64,000 nt of DNA from Macrostomum lignano (lineage: Eukaryota): positions 47,674 to 111,673 of the forward strand of contig NIVC01002684.1 in assembly GCA_002269645.1 (NCBI GenBank). Reading direction: 5' to 3'. The translations under genes were made by a program, and so were the position numbers. This document shows, one piece after another, positions 25,776 to 38,875 of this stretch (position 1 is its first letter; each line of letters opens with the position of its first letter). The notes under the pieces were generated by a model. It was not told the DNA's origin and ran no database searches. It saw nothing but the letters and a program-made list of their open reading frames with translations.

Positions 25776-26613
25776 GTGATGCCATTCTACCTGGAAGACT
25801 ACGAGGTGGAGTTGTACGCCACGATTGGGGAGTATCGAGCGCACAAGTGGCTGAACTGGGTTGCCAGCCCTGCCCTGTTCTGCATTGGCACAGCGGGCAA
25901 CGTCCTGCTCATCTGGTTGCTTCTGCCAAACTGCAAGGCTACAGCCACGTACAGGTATCTGGTGCTGCTCGGGCTGCTCGACCAGATGGTCCTGACGTCC
26001 GGCCTGCTCAGCCGGTGGCTGCAGCACGCCTTTGGCTTCAGCCTGGAGCGCACGGGCTTAGCCGCATGCCTGATTAACAAGTTCGCGTCGTACTTTGCCA
26101 GCACATGCTCAGCGCTGCTAATTGGCGTGGTCTCGCTGGAACGAGCACTGGCGATTCGCAGCCCGCTGCGAGCGGCCCGCATGCAGTCCGGCCGGCGGCT
26201 TCGCCTGGTCATGTTGGCCGTGGTGACGTTCAGCCTGCTGGCCAACTGCCACTGGCTGTTCATCCTGGACCATCACTACGTTTCAGCGTCAGACGACGAC
26301 GTCAACGCCACCAATGCCAGCTTCGAGGCCTACCCGATGTGCGACATTCGCGAGTCGGCCCAACACCTGAGCAGCATTCTCAGCGTGGCTGACGCCGTAC
26401 TGTACTCGGTTGTGCCGCTAGTTGTCATCTTCACCTGCAACGCCACCACCATAGCCAAACTGCGACAGGCTCGGCTGCGGCGCCTGCGGCAGCTCAGCGC
26501 TGTCGGTTTGGACGAGACCGCGCCTGGCGTCTCCGCGACCAAGGTCAAAACCAAACCGACGAATTCGCGTTCGCCGGAGCTGGTGCACTGGAGGGCAGGA
26601 GGAGCGCGAGATG
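25776..26613 (+). CDS. Orphan class A peptide-type GPCR (FMRFamide/TRH-receptor-like), exon 1 (TM1-TM5)
   Basis: TM1 GTAGN, TM2 YLVLLGLLD, Cys followed by TM3 ...VSLERALA, TM4, TM5 LYSVVPLVVIFTCNATTI. Phase-1 donor G|gtaggt at 26614. Confidence 0.88.
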
Positions 26614-27516
26614 GTAGGTTGAGCTAGCTCACGAAACTTCAGTGCACTGGGACAACTTTGACTTCTTGAAGAAGTCGCAGTTGAGCACAGCCTCATAATG
26701 ACCACTGCTTCTGAGAAGAAGCTAAAATGCAACGCTTTCTGGGTATTGAGGAGCCGGGAGGTCTAATAGTTGATGGGATTCTCGAACTCAACAGTCTGTT
26801 GAAAAAAAGAAAGAAAGAAAAAACTGCTCTTTCACATCGATTGCCAAATCTGGATCCAGAGCAGGTGAGCCAGAGAGCCAGTGCTCTAGACGTCCCCGAG
26901 CTTCTTTGATCCTCATATCGAGAGCTGATCAAAGCACTGCCTGCTCTCTTTTGTGCCCGAGTGCAAAGTCGGTGAGCAGGTGCAATATAGTGCCCGAGTG
27001 CAAAGTCAGTGAGCAGGTGCAATATAGTGTCTTCGGCTTAATGTAGAGATTTTTATCTAAAGTCAGGTAAGCTGCTTACTCGACAATGCAAACTCGTCTC
27101 GCGGCAAGGTTCCGTAGGTACGTCCGGTTGTGCAAAGTTAGAACGCACACAAATCACTTGGATTTTATCTAATTTTCAAGGCTTAGGAGCAAAAACGTCA
27201 ATGTGACATGCAGTTGATTCACAAAGTTAACCATAGAATTAGAGCGAAGCTTACAAAACTAATTGAAGCCAGAACAATAATTGCCATATCTATCTGCCAA
27301 TTTGATGTCAGAAAAAGAGACGGAAAGGCCAAAGTGCGTCTCGGCCTCTGCACAAAGCCCAGCCCTTTCAAAAGTACTTTTCCAGACTAACTTGCAGGCA
27401 GAATGGCTGAGCATGGCTCTAGACTTACCCTCATTTTTCGTAGATTTGCTCAAGGGAGAGAAAAAAGGGGCGCCCCTAAGATGAGCTCGAACGAACACCC
27501 ACTGGCACATTCCCAG

Positions 27517-28268
27517 GCAAAGTGACCGCCGATGCAGAAGTGACCGCCCCGCTGGGCGGCAGCAGCAGCGGGAGCGGAAGTCGGATCCGTGAACTGGCGA
27601 ACGTTAGCGTCTGCGGCAGCGGCGTCAGCGGCGGCAGCCACGTACGAAGCCCCATGAACCGTAGGGCGAGCGTACAACAGGTGACAGTGCTCCTGTTGTC
27701 AATCTCAACCTTCTACCTGGTGGCGTCGCTGCCCGTGGCCCTGCTGAAGATCCTCACAACAATCGCAGGGGTCATCGACACGAACGCCGTGAACTCGGAC
27801 TATCGAATGTACTCCCAGTACAGACTGGCCGAGACCATCACCTACCTGTGCATGTACTCGAATCACGCGGTGAATTTTTTTCTTTACTGCGCTTCCGGTC
27901 AGCGCATCCGGGCGGAGCTTCGGTCTCGACTGTCCCGCTTGTGCAGCTGCAACAAGAGCCGAAGTCGGCGGCATCGGCAGCAGCGCAGGTGGCGGCAGCA
28001 GTACCCGCAACGCCACGGTTCGGACGTACCTCAGCAGCGACAGCAGCAGCAGAATCAGGGCGAGGAGCTGCCACTGATGCAGATGAAGCAGTTGGAGCAA
28101 CGAGACCAGCTGCTCAGCATAATGGAATCTCCGGTAGCCGAACACAAGGAGCAACAGCAAAATAAATTTGCGGCTGTGCAGAAAGAAACAAAATTTGCAA
28201 ATTCTTTTCACCTGTGCCGATCTCCAAAATTGGCCAAGTTTCCAGGGGAGAGGCATAACAGCAACTGA
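27517..28268 (+). CDS. Same GPCR, exon 2 (long ICL3, TM6, TM7, Q/R-rich C-tail)
   Basis: Acceptor ttcccag| in phase 1. TM6 VTVLLLSISTFYLVASLP, TM7 YSNHAVNFFLYCASGQRIR. Confidence 0.88.
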
Positions 28269-29133
28269 AGTGACTGTTTCAACAGTGTCAAATGTGTCTT
28301 GTAAGTGACTGTTGCAACAGTGTCAAATGTGTCTTGTAAGTGACTGTTGCAACAGTGTCAGCAGAAGCAAGAACGTTTGATGTTTGAACGTTTTTGTCTC
28401 CACCTTTTTTGAAGATGTCCAACTTCATGTTAATGCACCTGACCTCGTCCCAGCAGAGCACCCGGCCCAACATCTGTTTCTTGGTTCTTTCTTAGAACCA
28501 GTCTGTGTATTTTTGTTTCATCACAAGTCGCGAATTATTTATCCACTGCCTGTTGTTTTTCTCGTCCTGATCAAACGCTTATTAACACTAAAGGCTGTAT
28601 TCGTAGTCCCTGGCACGGCCACTGCTGCTAAATGAAAATATATTTATAGTCACAAAGAAATCTTGTTGCTTTGTATTTTCCGCTTAAAAAGAATTGAAAG
28701 CGAATTATTCAGATCGATGCCTGGATAAAAAATGGGGCTGGCTGATTTTTTCTACTGAAAAAAAGAATTTCAGCTCGGCTCTGCCAATCAATGACGTTTG
28801 GCACCGAAAGACCGGCTTGTGTTCGAATGAGGGGTGGGTAGGGACCGAGCTGGACTATTGGGGCCCGAACCACGCCCTTTCCACCATCGGGTTTTGACTG
28901 AGAGAGACTCATCACCGCGAGCCGATCAACAGTAACTCGATATCGACTGTGACATCTCACTCCCACACTCCCATCTCTGTTGAGGGGTGCCTGCCACATA
29001 TATAAAGCCTGCAATAATGCAAGGCTGCAAATCTCCCTGTCCAATCTCTGTTCGGAAGTCTTCATTCTTTCAATATTAGATCACAGCATTGTTGGTTGAA
29101 TTCCAGGTAGGAGTTTCATTCATCCATTTGTCC

Positions 29134-29161
29134 AGTTAGTTAGTTAGTTAGCTTAGCTAGC

Positions 29162-29206
<45 letters not shown>

Positions 29207-29336
29207 GGTTAGTCAGTTAGTTAGTTAGCTTAGCTAGTTAGTTAGTTAGTTAGTTAGTTAGTTATTTAGTTAGTTATTTAGTTAGTTAGTTAGTTAGTTA
29301 GTTACTTAGTTAGTTTGTTAGATTGTTAGTTAGTTT

Positions 29337-29433
<97 letters not shown>

Positions 29434-29458
29434 CTAGCTAGTTAGTTAGTTAGTTAGC

Positions 29459-29513
<55 letters not shown>

Positions 29514-29514
29514 C

Positions 29515-29550
<36 letters not shown>

Positions 29551-29683
29551 CAGTTAGTTAGTTAGTCAGTCAGTTAGTCAGTTAGTTAGTTAGCTGGTTA
29601 GTTTAGTCAGTTAGTTATTTAGCTAGTTAGTTAGCTGGTTAGTTTAGTCAGTTAGTTATTCAGCTAGTTAGTTAGCTAGTTAT

Positions 29684-29719
<36 letters not shown>

Positions 29720-29732
29720 CTAGTTAGTTAGC

Positions 29733-29769
<37 letters not shown>

Positions 29770-29797
29770 GGTTAGTCAGTTAGTTAGTTAGCTTAGC

Positions 29798-29831
<34 letters not shown>

Positions 29832-29899
29832 TTTAGTTAGTTATTTAGTTAGTTAGTTAGTTAGTTACTTAGTTAGTTTGTTAGATTGTTAGTTAGTTT

Positions 29900-29989
<90 letters not shown>

Positions 29990-30068
29990 CAGTCAGTTAG
30001 TCAGTTAGTTAGTCAGTTAGTTAGTTAGTTAGTCAGCTAGTTATTTAGCCAGCTAATTAGTTAGCTGG
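29134..30068. repeat. (TTAG)n microsatellite with an internal 563-bp duplication
   Basis: Variant landmarks tggtt (29206/29769) and gattgtt (29321/29884) recur 563 bp apart. Confidence 0.95.
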
Positions 30069-30944
30069 TCTACACGCTCACACAGGCTGTACAGCGGTCC
30101 TGACTTTCTAGTCGTCAGGTATGTATACTCTCTGTGTGCCTTGGGGGCCATGACCCTCATGGTTTCGAATCGCACGAAGTGGCCGAACCAGGGGTCGTGG
30201 CGTGAGAGTCAGACCACTTTACCTGCTCTTACCCTATCAAAGCATCAGTCCCCCCTGTCTTGATGGCTGCGGATTCAAGAGAATCCAGACACCCATAGTT
30301 TACATATTCCAATAGTATCAAATTAGACTACCAGTCCAGAGCGTCCTTGAAGTGCTTTATGTTTTTTATTTACTATGACAGGGACTTATCAAATCCTATG
30401 AGAGCGTACTCAAACCATGGTGCCACTATAAAAAAACAGTGCGCCATTGTCTTCCATCTTCTATAGCAGGAAGCTGGCAGTAAACAGACCGCAGATGGAG
30501 CTATTTAGCTAGCTCTCCTGGCAGCTGGGGCAATAGGATGATGGAACGAATATATAGAGCAGGCGGATCCGGTCTGGAAAACGAATCACTAGGCAGTTAT
30601 TAAGCTGCCTGCGTTTTCATGGCTACCCGGGTATATTGGCTATAAGCTATAGAAAATAGACTAGCAATCTGCGCCCCCCGTTGGGGAGGCAACAATGAAA
30701 GCAATAAAATATTTTTAATAAAAACACCTACACGTGTAGGTTTTGACCTTGTACAGTCGCTATTGTTTGTATCTTAAAGAAAATGATGTTTAGAGCAACA
30801 AAGCATCTCTCAGCCCTGAAAGCCAGCTATCTAGCCTAAGATACGTGTATCAGAACCCTCTGTAAGCATTGGCAACACAGCCTTCCTTGAAGCCATAGCT
30901 TAACCCTAACACTCCTTTTGATGTTTGGCCTAACAACAACTCCC

Positions 30945-31600
30945 AATTGACCCTTGACATCTCAGCAACTCCCAGCATGAGTCTTGACTTCTCAGCAACT
31001 CCCAGCATGAGTCTTGACTTCTCAGCAACTCCCAGCATGAGTCTTGACTTCTCAGCAACTCCCCCCAATTGACCCTTGACATCTCAGCAACTCCCAGATA
31101 TCAGCATTGCATCCCAGATGTTGCTGACATCTCAGCAACTCCCAACTCATCTCCCAGCATGACCCTTGACATCTCAGCAACTCCCAGATATCAGCATTGC
31201 ATCCCAGATGTTGCTGACATCTCAGCAACTCCCAACTCATCTCCCAGCATGACCCTTGACATCTCAGCAACTCCCTCCAATTGACCCTTGACATCTCAGC
31301 AACTCCCTCCAATTGACCCTTGACATCTCAGCAACTCCCCCCAATTGACCCTTGACATCTCAGCAACTCACCCGGCCATGAGCCTTGACATCTCAGCAAC
31401 TCCCAACTCATCTCCCAGCATGACCCTTGACATCTCAGCAACTCCCTCCAATTGACCCTTGACATCTCAGCAACTCCCTCCAATTGACCCTTGACATCTC
31501 AGCAACTCCCCCCAATTGACCCTTGACATCTCAGCAACTCACCCGGCCATGAGCCTTGACATCTCAGCAACTCACCCCATGAGCCTTGATATCTCAGCAA
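30945..31600. repeat. Composite minisatellite with core tgacatctcagcaactccc
   Basis: Directly visible. Confidence 0.9.
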
Positions 31601-32002
31601 TTTCCCAAACAAACCTTCACATCTCAGTACTTCCTTCCTTCATGAGCCGCAGCACTTCAGCAACCCCCAACCCCCCAAGAGTCTTGACATCTCCGCAATT
31701 ACCCCCCAAGGCCAGAGATTTTCAGCGATCCACGCCCCAAGTGAGATATTAAAAGACATTTTCGACAACTTGGAGCACCGCAGTGTCTGACTAAGCAATA
31801 GATCAAAGCTCCTAACAAAAAGTTCACCGAATTTTTGACAGATAAAAGTGCAAACAGCATCTATTCGCTTCTGGTATGCAACCATCCCCTAGGAACTGCC
31901 ACTTCGAACAGGAGGGGGGGGGCTTTTGACCGAGCCTTGCACGCAGCCACGCAGCATTTTTAATCGCCTACCCGCCCTTTTCAGCGGACCAACACTAGTG
32001 TG

Positions 32003-32597
32003 GCAGACGGATCAAGAGTCAGACGGATCAAGAGTCAGACGGATCAAGAGTCAGACGGATCAAGAGTCAGACGGATCAAGAGTCAGACGGATCAAGAGTC
32101 AGACGGATCAAGAGTCAGACGGATCAAGAGTCAGACGGATCAAGAGTCAGACGGATCAAGAGTCAGACGGATCAAGAGTCAGACGGATCAAGAGTCAGAC
32201 GGATCAAGAGTCAGACGGATCAAGAGTCAGACGGATCAAGAGTCAGACGGATCAAGAGTCAGACGGATCAAGAGTCAGACGGATCAAGAGTCAGACGGAT
32301 CAAGAGTCAGACGGATCAAGAGTCAGACGGATCAAGAGTCAGACGGATCAAGAGTCAGACGGATCAAGAGTCAGACGGATCAAGAGTCAGACGGATCAAG
32401 AGTCAGACGGATCAAGAGTCAGACGGATCAAGAGTCAGACGGATCAAGAGTCAGACGGATCGAGAGTCAGACGGATCAAGAGTCAGACGGATCGAGAGTC
32501 GGACGGATCAAGAGTCAGACGGATCAAGAGTCAGACGGATCGAGAGTCGGACGGATCAAGAGTCAGACGGATCAAGAGTCAGACGGATCGAGAGTCA
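32003..32597. repeat. 16-bp tandem repeat (agtcagacggatcaag), about 37 copies, ending just before the InaF-like ATG
   Basis: Directly visible. Confidence 0.95.
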
Positions 32598-32608
32598 GGC
32601 CAGCCAAG

Positions 32609-32842
32609 ATGCACTTCCCAAAGCAGAAGCTGAAGGCGGAAAACACAGCAGACGGTGCCGACGACCCCGGGCCGCAGGACAGCCTGGCGCGCCGGCTCGG
32701 CCAGAAGGCGATCCGCCTGCTGACGGTGGGCGCCTACCTGACCGCCATCCTGTCCGCCTCAGTTGTCATGGCAGTCTACTATTGCTGGATGTGGTCGCCA
32801 AATTTCGTCAATATAACTGACACTGACCCGAATTCGCTTTGA
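32609..32842 (+). CDS. InaF-motif small single-pass membrane protein (77 aa)
   Basis: KAIRLLTVGAYLTAILSASVVMAVYYCWMWSP matches the InaF motif pattern (RL.TV.AY..S.S......YY...W.P). ATG at 32609 in context ccaagATGc; GC-biased codons. Confidence 0.75.
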   Translation: MHFPKQKLKAENTADGADDPGPQDSLARRLGQKAIRLLTVGAYLTAILSASVVMAVYYCWMWSPNFVNITDTDPNSL

Positions 32843-33633
32843 ACCGGAGCTGAACGGAACGGGGGTTAATGACTGCTGGGATTGGGGTGGGGTGAGTGTA
32901 CGCGGCAATGTACATTGTCGCTAATTACTATTGGTCCTCTGCCTAACCACACGGCCACCTCACTCCGCACGCCAGTTATCAGCTGGTCTCTGATTGGCTG
33001 TCGGCTCAGAGAGACAATCAGGGGATGTGAATTTGTCTATCGATTTTTGTGAGTCTGAGTCTAAGAAACTTGAGTCAAAGAAACTTAGAGTTTGGAACTT
33101 GAGCGTTAACAATATTTTTGTAGAAAGTTTTGTATATCTTGCGGAACGAGAAGTTTATCAGAAAATTATTAGATAATGAGAGCTCAGACTGCAGTCATGC
33201 ACTGGTTGGATACAAACTTTTCGTTATGGAATTCAAGCGGGTTTTATTGCTACAAAAGCTGACTTTTGAACGAACTGCATAAAATGCAGTCAGACTTGAC
33301 ACCTGCTTTACAAATTCTGTAAAATCGTATTTGTGGTAAATGAGCTGTACAGACAAAACAACCCCAAGGCCATCCCAAATGAGAGTTGTGTTCGTCTTGA
33401 TTCTTGAGGCATAATCCTGGTTGAGTCTTATTAAGCTGTTTGAGTCTTACCTTCAATTTGACAATTCATTTTCATTTAATAAATTTATGGGCTTAGAAAC
33501 ATCACACACTTAGCGCTCTGAAATTAAAAGCTTTTTGCTGATTGCTTCAGAAATTTGCATGCATTTTGTTGATTAATTCACATTATACTAATTAGACAGA
33601 CTAATTAGACTTGATGATTAAGCGGCCCGTGTA

Positions 33634-36350
33634 TGTCATGAGTGGCTCATGAGTGCCTTATATCTGTCATGAGTAGCTCATATCTGTCAAGAGTGGCTCA
33701 TGAGTGGCTCATATATGTCATGAGTGGCTCATGAGTGGCTCATATATGTCATGAGTGGCTCATGAGTCGCTCATATCTGTCATGAGTGGCTCATGAGTGG
33801 CTCATATCTGTCATGAGTGGCTCATGAGTGGCTCATATCTGTCATGAGTGGCTTATATCTGTCATGAGTGGCTCATATCTGTCACGAGTGGCTCATATCT
33901 GTCACGAGTGGCTTATATCTGTCACGAGTGGCTCATATCTGTCACGATATCTGTCATATCTATAATAATGGCTAAAATATACGTCATCTCTGTCATGAGT
34001 GGCTCATATCTGTCATCTCTGTCATGAGTAGCTCATATCTGTCATGAGTGGCTCATATATGTCACGAGTGGCTCATGAGTGGCCCATATCTGTCATGAGT
34101 GGCTCATATCTGTCATGAGTGGCTCATATCTGTCATGAGTGGCTCATATCTGTCATGAGTGGCTCATATCTGTAATGAATGGCTCATATCTATCACGAGT
34201 GGCTGATATCTGTCATGAGTGGCTCATATCTGTCATGAGTGGCTCATGAGTGGCTCATATCTGTCATGAGTGGCTCATATCTGTCATGAGTGGCTCATGA
34301 GTGGCTCATATCTGTCATGAGTGGCTCATATCTGTCATGAGTGGCTCATATCTGTCATGAGTGGCTCATATCTGTCATGAGTGGCTCATATCTGTCATCT
34401 CTGTCATGAGTAGCTCATATCTGTCATGAGTGGCTCATATATGTCACGAGTGGCTCATGAGTGGCCCATATCTGTCATGAGTGGCTCATATATGTCACGA
34501 GTGGCTCATGAGTGGCCCATATCTGTCATGAGTGGCTCATATCTGTCATGAGTGGCTCATATCTGTCATGAGTGGCTCATATCTGTAATGAATGGCTCAT
34601 ATCTATCACGAGTGGCTGATATCTGTCATGAGTGGTTCATATCTGTAATGAGTGGCTCATATCTGTCATGAGTGGCTCATATCTGTCATGAGTGGCTTAT
34701 ATCTGTCATGAGTGGCTCATATCTGTCACGAGTGGCTCATATCTGTCACGAGTGGCTTATATCTGTCACGAGTGGCTCATATCTGTCACGATATCTGTCA
34801 TATCTATAATAATGGCTAAAATATACGTCATCTCTGTCATGAGTGGCTCATATCTGTCATCTCTGTCATGAGTAGCTCATATCTGTCATGAGTGGCTCAT
34901 ATATGTCACGAGTGGCTCATGAGTGGCCCATATCTGTCATGAGTGGCTCATATCTGTCATGAGTGGCTCATATCTGTCATGAGTGGCTCATATCTGTCAT
35001 GAGTGGCTCATATCTGTAATGAATGGCTCATATCTATCACGAGTGGCTGATATCTGTCATGAGTGGCTCATATCTGTCATGAGTGGCTCATGAGTGGCTC
35101 ATATCTGTCATGAGTGGCTCATATCTGTCATGAGTGGCTCATGAGTGGCTCATATCTGTCATGAGTGGCTCATATCTGTCATGAGTGGCTCATATCTGTC
35201 ATGAGTGGCTCATATCTGTCATGAGTGGCTCATATCTGTCATCTCTGTCATGAGTAGCTCATATCTGTCATGAGTGGCTCATATATGTCACGAGTGGCTC
35301 ATGAGTGGCCCATATCTGTCATGAGTGGCTCATATATGTCACGAGTGGCTCATGAGTGGCCCATATCTGTCATGAGTGGCTCATATCTGTCATGAGTGGC
35401 TCATATCTGTCATGAGTGGCTCATATCTGTAATGAATGGCTCATATCTATCACGAGTGGCTGATATCTGTCATGAGTGGTTCATATCTGTAATGAGTGGC
35501 TCATATCTGTCATGAGTGGCTCATATCTGTCATGAGTGGCTCATGAGTGGCTCATATCTGTCATGAGTGGCTCATATCTGTCATGAGTGGCTCATATCTG
35601 TCATGAGTGGCTCATATCTGTCATGAGTGGCTCATATCTGTCATTAGTGGCTCATATCTGTCATGAGTGGCTCATATATGTCACGAGTGGCTCATGAGTG
35701 GCCCATATCTGTCATGAGTGGCTCATATATGTCACGAGTGGCTCATGAGTGGCCCATATCTGTCATGAGTGGCTCATATCTGTCATGAGTGGCTCATATC
35801 TGTCATGAGTGGCTCATATATGTCACGAGTGGCTCATGAGTGGCCCATATCTGTCATGAGTGGCTCATATATGTCACGAGTGGCTCATGAGTGGCCCATA
35901 TCTGTCATGAGTGGCTCATATCTGTCATGAGTGGCTCATATCTGTCATGAGTGGCTCATATCTGTAATGAATGGCTCATATCTATCACGAGTGGCTGATA
36001 TCTGTCATGAGTGGCTCATATCTGTCATGAGTGGCTCATATCTGTCATGAGTGGCTCATATCTGTCACGAGTGGCTCATATCTGTCACGAGTGGCTCATA
36101 TCTGTCACGAGTGGCTCATATCTGTCACGAGTGGCTCATATCTGTCATGAGTGGCTCATATCTGTCACGAGTGGCTCATATCTGTCATGAGTGGCTCATA
36201 TCTGTCACGAGTGGCTCATATCTGTCACGAGTGGCTCATATCTGTCATGAGTGGCTCATATCTGTCACGAGTGGCTCATATCTGTCACGAGTGGCTCATA
36301 TCTGTCACGAGTGGCTCATATCTGTCATGAGTGGCTCATATCTATCATGA
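33634..36350. repeat. 20-bp minisatellite (catgagtggctcatatctgt) with an 844-bp higher-order duplication
   Basis: The unique insert tataataatggctaaaatatacg occurs at 33961 and 34805. Confidence 0.95.
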
Positions 36351-36784
36351 GCTTGCTTCTTTTAGCTATGTCATTTTTTTGTACTAAAATTTCGGCTCCA
36401 GTCCAGATGCCAAACCCCAGTTGTCCTTGTGTGGATAATAAAGTTAAAGCTTTTTTACATTGGCTTTAATCAGAATTGTCCAATGGTAGATGATTTTTTC
36501 AGGATGCCAGATATACTGCCGCAGCCCCAGCATCTAATTGCATTTTATTGCATTTGACTGTGCTCGGGGGGGGGGACCACCGGATTCGCGCCAGTATTGG
36601 CCCATTACTATTTTATCTGGCTGAGAGGTCTGTGGTAGTTCGTACAAGAACTCGTGCAAATTCAATTTCCAATGTAATGGACGGAAGGGTGCCGCATGCT
36701 GGTGGCGGAGGGGAGCTGCCAAGAGGGGAGAAAGGCAGGAGAGGTGAATGAACGTGTGCCATGAAGTATGAGCTAGAGCGGAGT

Positions 36785-37345
36785 GGATGGCCGAGAGAGT
36801 GAATGGCCGAGAGAGTGAATGGCCATGAGAGTGAATGGCGGAGTGAGAGAGTGAATGGCCGAGAGAGTGAATGGCGAAGTGAGAGAGTGAATGGCGGAGT
36901 GAGAGAGTGAATGGCCGAGAGAGTGAATGGCGAAGTGAGAGAGTGAATGGCAGAGTGTGAGAGAGAATGGCCCAGTGTGAGAGTGAATTGAGGAGTGTGA
37001 GAATGAATTGAGGAGCGGGAGAGTGAATGGCGGAGTGAGAGAGTGAATGGAGGAGTTGGGAGAGTGAATGGCGGAGTGAGAGAGTGAATGGAGGAGTTGG
37101 GAGAGTGAATGGCGGAGTGAGAGAGTGAATGGCCGAGTCGGAGAGTGAATGGAGGAGTTGGGAGAGTGAATGGCGGAGTGAGAGAGTGAATGGAGGAGTT
37201 GGGAGAGTGAATGGCGGAGTGAGAGAGTGAATGGAGGAGTTGGGAGAGTGAATGGCGGAGTGAGAAAGTGAATGGCCGAGTGGGAGAGTGAATTGGAGAG
37301 CGGGAGAGTGAATGGAGGAGTGAGAGAATGAATGGCCGAGAGTGA
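36785..37345. repeat. Purine-rich minisatellite (gagagtgaatggcggagt variants)
   Basis: Directly visible. Confidence 0.9.
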
Positions 37346-37851
37346 GAGGGAATGGCAAAAGCTGCTTGAATCTGCTTCCACATGAGCCCCTACTGCAGGC
37401 AACCAGATGTGTTTGCCGCTTGTCGAGGCCAGACGGTCCGGTCTGAGTGGCCGGCTGTTTACAGCGGCAGCTTGGCTAGCGCAAAAGTTCTTCCCGATAT
37501 TATTAGCCAGGGAAAAGGAGGATCTCACAGTTGCTCGGACTGAGATAAAGTCGGCGAAAAAAGTTCTGTCTACTGCCAAAGGCCTGACTGGCTGCTCAAG
37601 ATCCGAAAGATGACGGGCGAGGCTGAGGGGAGGCTGGGGGCGAGCGCGCAATTCCGAGATGGGGAATCGGCAGCAGCTTGGTGGGAAGTGACGACTTGGG
37701 GATATTCTCGGGAGAGGGAAGGGTAGAAAATATGGGATGTGGACGGGCAGGGGAGATTAGAAAGGGAGGACAAAAGATACCAAATCAATCGACAGTCACC
37801 ACCACAGAATACTGAGAAAAATCAAAGAGGCGAGATAAACATCAGCGAAAA

Positions 37852-38875
37852 ATCTTCAGAGATTTCAGAGAGACTTCAGAGAGAATTCAAAGGGAAATCT
37901 GAGAGAGTTCAGAGAGAATTTAGAGAGAAACCAGAGAAAATTCAGAGGGAAATCTGAGAGAGTTCAGAGAGAATTTAGAGAGAATCAGAGAGAATTCAGA
38001 GGGAAATCTGAGAGAAATCAGAGAGAATTCAGAGGGAAATCTGAGAGAAATCAGAGAGAATTCAGAGGGAAATCTGAGAGAAATCAGAGAGAATTCAGAG
38101 GGAAATCTGAGAGAAACCAGAGAGAATTTAGAGAGAAATCAGAGAGAATTCAGAGAGAATTTAGAGAGAAACCAGAGAAAATTCAGAGGGAAATCTGAGA
38201 GAAACCAGAGAGAATTCAGAGGGAAATCTGAGAGAAATTTAGAGAGAATTTAGAGAGAAATCAGAGAGAATTCAAAGAGAATTTAGAGAGAAATCAGAGA
38301 GAATTCAGAGGGAAATCTGAGAGAGTTCAAAGAGAATTTAGAGAGAAATCAGAGAGAATTCAGAGGGAAATCTGAGAGAGTTCAAAGAGAATTTAGAGAG
38401 AAATCAGAGAGAATTCAGAGGGAAATCTGAGAGAGTTCAAAGAGAATTTAGAGAGAAATCAGAGAGAATTCAGAGGGAAATCTGAGAGAGTTCAAAGAGG
38501 ATTTAGAGAGAAATCAGAGAAAATTCAGAGGGAAATCTGAGAGAGTTCAGAGAGAATTTAGAGAGAAATCAGAGAAAATTCAGAGGGAAATCTGAGAGAG
38601 TTCAGAGAGAATTTAGAGAGAAATCAGAGAGAATTCAGAGGGAAATCTGAGAGAGTTCAGAGAGAATTTAGAGAGAAATCAGAGAGAATTCAGAGGGAAA
38701 TCAAAAGAAAATCAGAGAGAATTTAGAGAGAAATCAGAGAGAATTCAGAGGGAAATCTGAGAGAAACCAGAGAGAATTTAGAGAGAAATCAGACGGAAAT
38801 CAGACGGAAATCAAAAGAAAATCAGAGAGAATTCACAGAGAATTCACAGAGAGAAATCTGAGCGAGTTCAGAGAG
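37852..38875. repeat. Purine-rich degenerate minisatellite (gagagaattcagagggaaatct)
   Basis: Directly visible. Confidence 0.9.

Noticed and set aside
26727-26909. Possible extra GPCR exon (MQRFLGIEEPGG...PEQ|gtgagc)
   Set aside because: Its donor phase (0) does not match the phase-1 junction, and the in-phase frame from the nearest acceptor contains a stop.
30140-30240. tRNA/SINE-head-like stretch on the minus strand
   Set aside because: Only partial A/B-box resemblance, no cloverleaf and no second copy in the window.
36534-37788. Possible minus-strand exons around the purine-rich array (strong acceptor near 36715)
   Set aside because: No recognisable protein and no matching canonical donor found; the long ORFs are mostly repeat-derived.
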